From Methanotrichaceae archaeon (GTDB lineage Archaea; Halobacteriota; Methanosarcinia; Methanotrichales; Methanotrichaceae): a stretch of DNA of 13,444 nt. The stretch covers positions 1 to 13,444 of the forward strand of contig CAWEXU010000011.1 in assembly GCA_963813075.1 (NCBI GenBank), written 5' to 3'. Positions 1 through 7,135 of this stretch are shown piece by piece; position 1 is the first letter of the stretch, and each line of letters starts with the position of its first letter. The position numbers and the translations under genes were made by a program. The notes beneath the pieces were generated by a model. That model was not told where the DNA came from. It did no database searches and saw only the letters and a program-made list of their open reading frames with translations.

Positions 1-96
1 TATCTGCAGTGTGTAGGAAACAGCGCTTGCTGAAAGTGCAGAAAAAAAAATTACGGCAAACGCCATAGTAAGCAGAACACTCGCGTGCTTATTCAT
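1..96 (-). CDS. 5' fragment (runs off the window) of a substrate-binding protein paralogous to 404..1672
   Basis: Manual translation from ATG at 96 gives MNKHASVLLTMAFAVIFFSALSASAVSYTLQI, aligning with MNKHVSILLTVAVAAIFLTALSSNAVSYTLKI of the next gene. AGAGGA RBS lies 6 nt upstream. Confidence 0.85.
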   Translation of the reverse strand, partial: MNKHASVLLTMAFAVIFFSALSASAVSYTLQI

Positions 97-137
97 GATA
101 TTTCCTCTTTGCATGCCCAAGTGACAGATCTTATTGG

Positions 138-150
138 TATTAAAGTTTCC
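138..150 (-). promoter_or_regulatory. Putative BRE-TATA (GGAAAC-TTTAATA) for the left-edge SBP gene
   Basis: Purine-rich BRE then TATA-like box about 40 nt upstream of the ATG; conserved in the paralogous copy at 1715-1727. Confidence 0.6.
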
Positions 151-364
151 TATAATCGTATCAGTAAATGTTATAATTATAAAATCATTTATTAATTTAT
201 AGGCTCTATCAGATAACAATCATGCCATTAATGTCATTGTGAATCTTGAATAATTGCATGCGACTGTTCATATTTATATAATTAGAAATAAATGCAATTT
301 CAGATCGTGATCTTGGACTGCCATACGGAGCAGGACTGGCCTGCGCCAAAGAACAATACTAATA

Positions 365-397
365 GGGGAAAGACGATGAAGATCGCCATTTTTCCCC
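365..397 (-). terminator. Hairpin just downstream of the 404..1672 stop codon; possible terminator or 3' stabiliser
   Basis: GGGGAAA(365-371)/TTTCCCC(391-397) outer stem with inner CGAT-GAAG-ATCG. Confidence 0.4.
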
Positions 398-403
398 ATA
401 TAC

Positions 404-1672
404 TCATGCAGTCAACGGATAGGCCATAATGCATTTATTAACATCTATATCCAGATGCTGGAATTTGCTCACATACTCCTGATGGATCGCCTGCGCATCC
501 GTATCCGCAAAGAGATCTGGATAGAGCCACTTGGCGTAGTAAAGGGAGCACAATAATCCTGAAGCTCCGCCACATTTGAGGAACGCATGTGAGATCATGT
601 ACACTCTCTTATTCTTGACGGCATCCACAGTGGCAAGCTCGGGTTTCTGCAAGAATGTATTGATATATTCGGCCACTTCTTTTGAATCATGAGCATCATA
701 TCCTACCATTTGGTTAGTTGACAACAGTATTACCTGCGGGTTTCTTGAGACAATCCATTCCGCATCCACATCAACACTTATGCCTTTGATATCGATCTCA
801 TCATTGATGGGTATTCCTCCGGCATTTCTGACCTCTTGGCAGTAGTGATGTTTCTTAGATGGCGTCGAGTATTTGCTAGTGCTCACATCGGGTAAGCCTA
901 CGCAAACATAGACCGAAACTCTCTTGGACTCAGGAATGCTCTCCACTTTTTCACTGATCTTTTTTTCCTGGTCATTCATCCATGATACATACTCTTCTGC
1001 CTTAGAAACCTCGCCGAAGATATATCCATACCTCATGGTGGCTTCTTTGGGATTGGTTATGTTCACATCCAGTGCAATTGTTGGAAAGTCTGGCGTTTTT
1101 GTGGGATCATAGTATTCAAGATAATCCGTAATGATGAGATCCGGTTTGATGTTATTGATTACTTCATAGTTGATCGCTTGCAGACCACCTAGATTTTCGA
1201 CACTCAATAGCTCCGGGAAGTAAGTCTCGCTATACCTGCTTAAGCCAGGAGTAACATAATCACTATTGACACCGACAATCTTATTGGAGACTCCAATTGC
1301 TCTCAACGTCTCATAAACGAAGATATTATGCCCATGGTATACAAAGGAATCTATCGGTTCATCGACTCTAACAGTTCTACCCGCATCATCCTGGACAACA
1401 AGAAATTCTTCATCCCCTGCTATAATTTTTTTAATTTGCTCAATATCCTTTTCGTCCACAACATCGTCATTGTTAGCATCAGAGAACTCGGTTTTTTCCA
1501 CTTCGCCTTTGATCAATTTCTCCAGATAAGTTAAATCCTCATCGTTTATCGATTCATCCATATTCGCGTTTCCGTGGATTTTCAGCGTATACGAAACGGC
1601 GTTGGACGAAAGCGCTGTCAAAAAAATTGCAGCAACTGCTACAGTAAGCAGAATACTCACGTGCTTATTCAT
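404..1672 (-). CDS. ABC-type Fe-chelate/cobalamin-family (class III) substrate-binding protein with N-terminal dockerin-like domain
   Basis: Signal peptide; duplicated Ca-loop motif GNANMDESINDED...DANNDDVVDEKD; then DDAGRTVRV, NYEVINNIKPDLII, VDAEWIVSRNPQVI, AVKNKRVY, YAKWLYPDLF typical of Peripla_BP_2 proteins. ATG 1672 preferred over 1690 because AGAGGA lies 6 nt upstream. Confidence 0.9.
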   Translation of the reverse strand: MNKHVSILLTVAVAAIFLTALSSNAVSYTLKIHGNANMDESINDEDLTYLEKLIKGEVEKTEFSDANNDDVVDEKDIEQIKKIIAGDEEFLVVQDDAGRTVRVDEPIDSFVYHGHNIFVYETLRAIGVSNKIVGVNSDYVTPGLSRYSETYFPELLSVENLGGLQAINYEVINNIKPDLIITDYLEYYDPTKTPDFPTIALDVNITNPKEATMRYGYIFGEVSKAEEYVSWMNDQEKKISEKVESIPESKRVSVYVCVGLPDVSTSKYSTPSKKHHYCQEVRNAGGIPINDEIDIKGISVDVDAEWIVSRNPQVILLSTNQMVGYDAHDSKEVAEYINTFLQKPELATVDAVKNKRVYMISHAFLKCGGASGLLCSLYYAKWLYPDLFADTDAQAIHQEYVSKFQHLDIDVNKCIMAYPLTA

Positions 1673-1714
1673 AATCGTTCCTCTTTGCATGTCAAAAGTG
1701 ACAGATCTTATCGG

Positions 1715-1772
1715 TATTAAAGTTTTCTATATTTGTACTAATAAGTATTATAATTACCAAAAGTTTTATTAA
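1715..1772. promoter_or_regulatory. Divergent promoter region: minus-strand BRE-TATA (1715-1727) and plus-strand BRE-TATA CAAAAG-TTTTATTAA (1758-1772)
   Basis: Two back-to-back archaeal promoter-like boxes between divergent genes. The plus-strand 15-mer recurs exactly at 11580-11594. Confidence 0.65.
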
Positions 1773-1825
1773 TATGGGCATGCTCAGCAATTCATGTATC
1801 TATACATCAAATAGAGGAATCTAGA

Positions 1826-2540
1826 ATGCAAGAGAGCAAGATGGAATTGATGATGCAAGGCCACGAGATCTGGCTGGAAAAGTCCAAAGCGGAAGGCGAG
1901 GAATTAGAGTTGGCCCTTGTGTACGGCCACAATATGCGTCAAGATGGAATAGCAGACGCCAAGAGACTTAGAGCGTTCAACTATCATCCAGACGGCAGCA
2001 AATCGGATCTGAACCTCATCCCTGAGGAGACACGCTATCTCCTGAAGTTCACGGCGGATAAAGAAGGATCATATGCTATCGTAGTGGACATGGAATCGTC
2101 GATACTTTGCAAGACCAAGGACGGAAATAAGAGAGGCCCGCGTTCTCAGTTCAAGGATGTCACATATGCCGGGGCCTTCCACCAGATGGCCAAGATCCTT
2201 TGTCCCGTAGGCGGTGATGGAAAATACAGTGGCCAGGTTGTGCACGGCATCCTCGAGGCTGTCCCAATCATGCCTTGGTGCCAGGTAGGCCAGGAGGCTG
2301 AGCTGCAGGTATTCTATGAAGGAAAACCGCTGGCCTTTGCAGAAGTCAAGGCGGTATCCAAGAAAGAGGGGAACGGAGATGGCTCTGGTCAAGGCAGATG
2401 AGCAGGGCAAGGCGCGCATTCCTATAACCACGGATGGAGAATGGATGTTCCTGGTCAGGCATAAGGACCCTTCCAAGAAGGTCAACGATATGTTCGATGA
2501 ATCTGTCTTTGTCAGCACTCTGGTCATGGAAGCCAGATAG
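1826..2540 (+). pseudogene. DUF4198-family (Ni/Co uptake-associated) protein interrupted by a +1 frameshift at about 2368-2373
   Basis: GHEIWLE...YGH N-terminus, LEAVP, LQVFYEGKPLAFAEV, then in the shifted frame KADEQGKARIPITTDGEWMFLVRH. Span is 715 nt = 3x238+1; deleting one base in GAGGGGAACG gives a 237-aa ORF. Could be a sequencing error. Confidence 0.8.
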
Positions 2541-2738
2541 AAAGCGCATAATCTTCACAGGAAATGGCATTGCCACTATGATAATCTCTTTGGTATTCAC
2601 GGGAGTCGCAGGCATCTCATCTCCTTTTCTTATAGCGCGATAAAGCAGTAGCTTTAAGGCTAAGACTTAGGACTCAGGCTTAAGGATCATTGGGCTCAAC
2701 ATAGCCCATGCGCGTACCTTGGGGAAATAAGCTCAATC

Positions 2739-4500
2739 TCAGCTGCAGAACGATTGCGCCTCCACCAGCCGGGCATATCTCCCTTTCCGGGCGATGAGAT
2801 CCTCATGCCTTCCCTGCTCTACTACCCGTCCCTCATTTATGACGAAGATCCAGTCCGCATCCACTACAGTGCTCAGCCGGTGAGCGATCATGATGGTGGT
2901 GCGACCCTCTCTCCTTTCCATCAGAGCCTCTTTGATTGCCTTCTCGTTCTCTGCATCCAGGCTGGAGGTGGCCTCATCCAGGATGAGTATGGGCGCTCCC
3001 TTCAGGAGAGCTCTGGCGATGGCGATCCTCTGTCGCTCTCCGCCGCTGAGACGAACTCCCCTCTCTCCCACCAGGGTATCATACCCCTGGGGCAGGGTGG
3101 TTATAAAATCATGAATGCGGGCCCGGATAGCGACCTCTTCCACCTCGGCGTCGCTAGCTTCTGGCCAGCCTAACCGGATGTTCTCTCTGATGCTATCGCT
3201 GAAGAGGAAGACATCCTGAGAAACCACAGAAAACAAACGGCGCAACTCCTTCATGGGATAGCAGCGCAGATCACTTCCACCGAGCAATATTCTTCCCGCT
3301 TCCGGATCCCAAAAACGGAGCATCAGATTGATCACTGTGCTCTTTCCTGCTCCGCTCGTCCCCACCAGTGCCACTGTCGAGCCTGCGGGAATCTCCAGGC
3401 TGATGGAGCTTAAGATCAAAGGCTCATCCGGAGCATAGCGGAAGCTGACATCCTGCAGAGAAATGGATGGCTCTATGGATTCGATCGGAACTGCCGGACC
3501 CAGACCGGACTCGTCCCTTACCGCTGGCTGCTCATCCAATAGAAGAAAGAGTCTGCGAGCAGCAGCGCGGGTCAAAGAGAGCTGCTTGGAGATCTCCACC
3601 ACTGAGGTTATGGAGAGAAAGACGCTTGAGGCCAGGATCATGGTGATGGGAAGAAAGCCTGGCGCAAGGGAATTCTGCCTGACCAGGATGCTGGCACATA
3701 GGAGCACGGCAAGAGTCCCTGCAGAGACGATGCTGATGCTTCGCTGCGCTTTGCAGCCCGATGTTTCTCGCCTGCCTGGCCTGCAATGCCAGCAGTGTGG
3801 CAGAATTTTCAGATAGCTCTTCTAATCTTTGTCTGCTGTAGCCGAAAGACAGGATCTCCTTCATTCCCTGAATGGTATCCAGCACCTGGGAGTTGAGAAG
3901 TGCCTGCTGCCCTCTCAGCCTCTCCCCTAGAGTTGTGCCCAGCCAGAAAGCCAGCCTGGGCATGAGGATCAGCAGGATGAGAAATATGAGCAATGCCTCT
4001 GCCAAAAGCAGGTTGATGGTTGCCAGGGCGATGAGAGCGATGATGGGGACGATAAATGCTACTACCGCTGGTCCTGCAGTATGGGCGAAGAAGAGCTCCA
4101 GCAATTCTATGTCTGATACTGCTGTGCTGACCAGATCGCCCGTGCGCCTTCTGGCAAGCTTTGCCGGAGCGAGGGGCTCTATGGCCCAGAAGAACTCGTC
4201 CCTCAGGTCGACCAGGATGCGGAATGCGGCCACATGAGATAGATAAGGGCCTAAATAGCCAAAGGTCCCTCTGGCCAGGCCGAGGATGATCATGGCGGCA
4301 GCATAGGGATAAAGCTCCTCGATGGCCGTGCCGGCCACCGCCCGGGCGAAGAGAGCTGCACCAAGAACGGCAACGCCGATGCCCGAGACCTGTCTTAAGA
4401 TCTCGGATATGACGGCCAGGCTCATCAGTCCCAGATGAGGGCGAATAGGATAGATCAGCCGGCGCCAAACCGATCTGGAATCGAGAATGCCTCTTATCAT
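2739..4500 (-). pseudogene. Fused TMD-NBD ABC half-transporter (CydC/IrtB/YbtQ-like) with a +1 frameshift at about 3740-3741
   Basis: TMD in ORF 3532..4500 (HVAAFRILVDLR, RTGDLVS, DIELLELFFAHT) continues after GLQSAA in the other frame as SISIVSAGTLAVLLC into an NBD with GTSGAGKST, LSGGERQR, DEATSSLD, IAHRL. Span is 1762 nt = 3x587+1. Confidence 0.85.
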
Positions 4501-6308
4501 GGCTGTCCTCCCGCCACAGCGGCGAGATTGCTGCCAATTTTCATGGGGAGAGCATTCTCGTCATCCCTGCAATCTGGCATATCCAGGGACTGAGCCGCCA
4601 CCAGGTGGGCATAGATGCCTCCTTTAGCCAGCAGCTCCTCATGGCCGCCGGACTCGGCGATTCTCCCCATTTCCATGACTAAAATGCAGTCCGCCTTTCT
4701 GACTGTGCTCAGCCGATGGGCGATGATCATAACAGTGCGCTGGGCCTGCAGACGGCCGAGGGCCTTCTGGATGTCCTCTTCGTTCTCGGCATCGATGCTG
4801 GAGGTCGGCTCATCCAGGAGGAGAATCGGTGCCCCCTTGAGAAGGGCGCGGGCAATGGCGATTCTCTGCCGTTCTCCTCCGGAGAGAAGCACTCCCCTCT
4901 CGCCTATGATCGTCTGGTAGCCTTCAGGAAGCGCAACAATGAACTCATGAGCGTTGGCTGCTTTTGCTGCCCGGACGATCTCTTCATGGCTGGCCTTGGG
5001 ATTTCCCAAGCGCAGGTTATTCTCCACGGTATCATAGAATAGGTAGGACTCCTGAGCAACCAGAGCCATTTGGCTGCGCAGGAAATTGAGGGGCAAGCTG
5101 CGAATATCATGGCCCCCCAGGAGCACTCTGCCCTCTTGGGGATCGTGGAAGCGGAAGAGAAGATCGATGACTGTGCTCTTGCCAGTTCCTGTCGCCCCAA
5201 CCAAAGCCACAGTGCTGCCTGGCTTCACCTCAAATGAGATGTTATGCAAAACCGGCCTATCGCCGTGATAAGCGAAGTGAACCCCCTCAAACCTGATCTC
5301 CGGCTCAATAGCAGAAGGTGCTGTATCTTGGCCATCCCGGACCTCAGGCATCTGATCTAATAGCTCGAATATGGCGTTCGCGGTTCTTTTTCCCAGCAGG
5401 CTGTAGTGATGATATAAAAGCAGATGGCTGACGTGCTCGTAGAAGAGCGAGCCCAGCAAAAGGACCATGACCAGTTTGTCCATCGATAGGCTACCCTGGC
5501 TGAGGCGGAATGATGAGACGATCATGGTCAGGGAGTAGCCCAGAACTGGGACCACCTCGGAGACGAAACTGGCTCCGAAATAGAGCTGCAGGCTCTGCAC
5601 CAATGCCTTCTCCAGGTTCCTGGATCTTCTATGAAGCTCTTGCCCCCGGCGTTCTGTCTGGCTGAAGAGCTTGAGGGTGGTCAGTCCCTGCAGGCTCTCG
5701 GCAAAGTAAGCGGATAGCTCCCGGTACGTCTCCCATGCCCTTCTCCCCACCTTCCACTCCTCCAGATTGGTGAATATCAGCAGGGAAAGGGGGACCAGGG
5801 GGACAAAAGCCATAAGCATCAGGGCGGAGATCAGGTCTACATAGATGGCAAAGCCCAAAAAGAGGAGAACGGGCATAACCAGACAGAGAGCCATATAAGG
5901 AACATAAAGCCCCACGTAGGCCTCAAGCGCCTCCACTCCATCCAAGACCGTGGTGGCCAGGGCGCTTGTGTTGCGCATCTCGACGAAAGAGGGACCCAGA
6001 TCGAGAAGATGCTGATTGATCCTCTTTCGGACGCTGCTCTTGACCATGGCGGCGGAACGCTGGGCGGTGATATCTATGGAGGCCTCGGCAATGGCTCGCA
6101 GGCTTATGGCCGCCAGCATGCCTGAGAACAGATCCAGCATGGAGAGGAGAGTGCGACCATCATATATTCCCACGATGATCCTTCCCGCCAGGAAGAGGAG
6201 GGCGATGTTGGCAATAGATCCCATCAGGCCAGACAAGAAGGTGAGGGCGATCCAGCGCCTTGCACCAGGGGCGAACTTCAGAATCCGTTTGTCGATTAAG
6301 CCTTCCAT
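4497..6308 (-). CDS. Fused TMD-NBD ABC half-transporter (CydD/IrtA-TMD/YbtP-like)
   Basis: Multiple TM segments, Walker A GATGTGKST, LSGGERQR, DEPTSSID, IAHRL. AAGGAG RBS. ATGA stop/start overlap with the partner gene at 4497-4500. Confidence 0.92.
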   Translation of the reverse strand: MEGLIDKRILKFAPGARRWIALTFLSGLMGSIANIALLFLAGRIIVGIYDGRTLLSMLDLFSGMLAAISLRAIAEASIDITAQRSAAMVKSSVRKRINQHLLDLGPSFVEMRNTSALATTVLDGVEALEAYVGLYVPYMALCLVMPVLLFLGFAIYVDLISALMLMAFVPLVPLSLLIFTNLEEWKVGRRAWETYRELSAYFAESLQGLTTLKLFSQTERRGQELHRRSRNLEKALVQSLQLYFGASFVSEVVPVLGYSLTMIVSSFRLSQGSLSMDKLVMVLLLGSLFYEHVSHLLLYHHYSLLGKRTANAIFELLDQMPEVRDGQDTAPSAIEPEIRFEGVHFAYHGDRPVLHNISFEVKPGSTVALVGATGTGKSTVIDLLFRFHDPQEGRVLLGGHDIRSLPLNFLRSQMALVAQESYLFYDTVENNLRLGNPKASHEEIVRAAKAANAHEFIVALPEGYQTIIGERGVLLSGGERQRIAIARALLKGAPILLLDEPTSSIDAENEEDIQKALGRLQAQRTVMIIAHRLSTVRKADCILVMEMGRIAESGGHEELLAKGGIYAHLVAAQSLDMPDCRDDENALPMKIGSNLAAVAGGQP

Positions 6309-6344
6309 GTTCTCCTTCTTTTGCCGCAGCCCTTCTCCTGCGCC

Positions 6345-6389
6345 GTAAAATTAAATCCTGTCGTGTTACACTCGTTAATAAATCTGTCG
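6345..6389 (-). promoter_or_regulatory. Promoter of the ABC pair: TATA TTTATTAA (6375-6382) followed by palindrome GTAACA-N13-TTTTAC (6345-6369)
   Basis: Same TATA octamer as at 1765 and 11587. The spaced inverted repeat covers the expected transcription start. Confidence 0.55.
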
Positions 6390-6570
6390 TAGGAGATATT
6401 ATAAATTCATATTATTATCTTGCTTTGGAGGGTAAATGAAAATAAATTGGCTTCTGCTCGCTAGAGTTGGTAAGAGGGTATTCGTTTCCCATGGATTTTA
6501 TCCATTCAGACGCTGATCGAATACCCCCATATTCTCCATCCGCCTGCATTGGATGGCTCACGACATACGC

Positions 6571-6578
6571 TTTAAATA
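6571..6578 (+). promoter_or_regulatory. TATA box TTTAAATA, probably for the MC1 gene
   Basis: Methanogen-type TATA consensus about 65 nt upstream of the start codon. Confidence 0.5.
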
Positions 6579-6643
6579 GCACTTTGTGCAGAAAAGTTAA
6601 TATTATATCATCACTTCATCGATTCCTGTGTAGGTGGTATATT

Positions 6644-6916
6644 TTGAAAGAAAAGAGGAATTTCGCCCTCCGAGATGCTTCGGGCAATGAGGTTGGCATC
6701 TATACGGGAATGGCACCCAGGCAAGCAGCCCTCAAAGTGGCGAGCAGAGGAGTCAAGGATATAAGGCTGAGGGAAAGGGGCACAAAAAAGGTCCATATCT
6801 ATCAGGGCAACAGAAGAAAGGTCAAGAAGCCAAAGAACGCTCCTGCCTGGATGCCCGATAAGATCTGGAAGCCGACGGTAAAGAAGATTGGGATAGAGAA
6901 GCTGGAGAAGATCTGA
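6644..6916 (+). CDS. Non-histone chromosomal protein MC1
   Basis: KRNFALRD..GNE.G.YTG..PRQAALK.A.RG...IRLRERGTKKVH...PKN.PAWMP..I.KP.VKK is the MC1 signature. TTG at 6644 follows AGGTGG RBS; 90 aa. The ORF-track start at 6467 is overextended. Confidence 0.96.
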   Translation: MKEKRNFALRDASGNEVGIYTGMAPRQAALKVASRGVKDIRLRERGTKKVHIYQGNRRKVKKPKNAPAWMPDKIWKPTVKKIGIEKLEKI

Positions 6917-6943
6917 ACTCATCGTTACTCTGTCGGGGGCAGC

Positions 6944-6973
6944 GGCCAGCACATCTCCCGTGTTGGCCTTTTT
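6944..6973 (+). terminator. Hairpin plus T5 terminator of the MC1 gene
   Basis: GGCCAGCAC(6944-6952)/GTGTTGGCC(6960-6968) followed by TTTTT. Confidence 0.7.
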
Positions 6974-6998
6974 ATCTGCCTGAGTTCTCATCCTGTGC

Positions 6999-7032
6999 AG
7001 TAACAATTTTCTTATTTTGATTATGATTAAAT
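6999..7032 (+). promoter_or_regulatory. Conserved upstream element (operator/promoter), copy 1
   Basis: 28 of 34 positions identical, ungapped, to 9924-9957: AGTAACAwTTTTCTT-N7-TTATGATTAAAT. Confidence 0.7.
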
Positions 7033-7135
7033 TCTAATACAGGTTTGATTGATATGCCTACATGCGACCGCTATCTTCTCCTGCTTGCCGGATGGATCGC
7101 TTCGGCTGCAGGATGGAGGGCGGGGCAGAGGAAAG

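Larger units (their letters stand above)
1..196. repeat. Diverged direct duplication of promoter plus signal-peptide region; second copy at about 1577-1773
   Basis: Colinear shared blocks GTGCTTATTCAT, TTCCTCTTTGCATG, AAGTGACAGATCTTAT, GGTATTAAAGTTT, TTATAATTA, TTTATTAAT at offset 1576-1577. Confidence 0.9.

Noticed and set aside
42..50. A9 homopolymer in the signal-peptide codons as a phase-variation tract (A7 in the paralog)
   Set aside because: Currently in frame and explained by Ile-Phe-Phe codons; no evidence of variation from one sequence.
371..400. GACGATGAAGATCGCC resembles the 5' part of a fluoride (crcB) riboswitch
   Set aside because: No downstream UAAAC or UGAUG-pseudoknot partner, and no plus-strand gene follows.
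6476..6526. Hammerhead ribozyme on the minus strand (CUGA, a stem, GAAA and a closing stem are present)
   Set aside because: Core lacks CUGANGA, has extra GG before GAAA, has GAUC instead of NUH at the stem III junction, and has no independent stem I. Kept only as an unknown structure.
6467..6643. N-terminal extension of MC1, and similar upstream starts at 1690, 7049 and 10017
   Set aside because: RBS position and family N-termini support the downstream starts.
7040..7135. Cobalamin riboswitch upstream of BtuF-like genes
   Set aside because: No B12-box or other conserved cobalamin riboswitch elements found in any leader.
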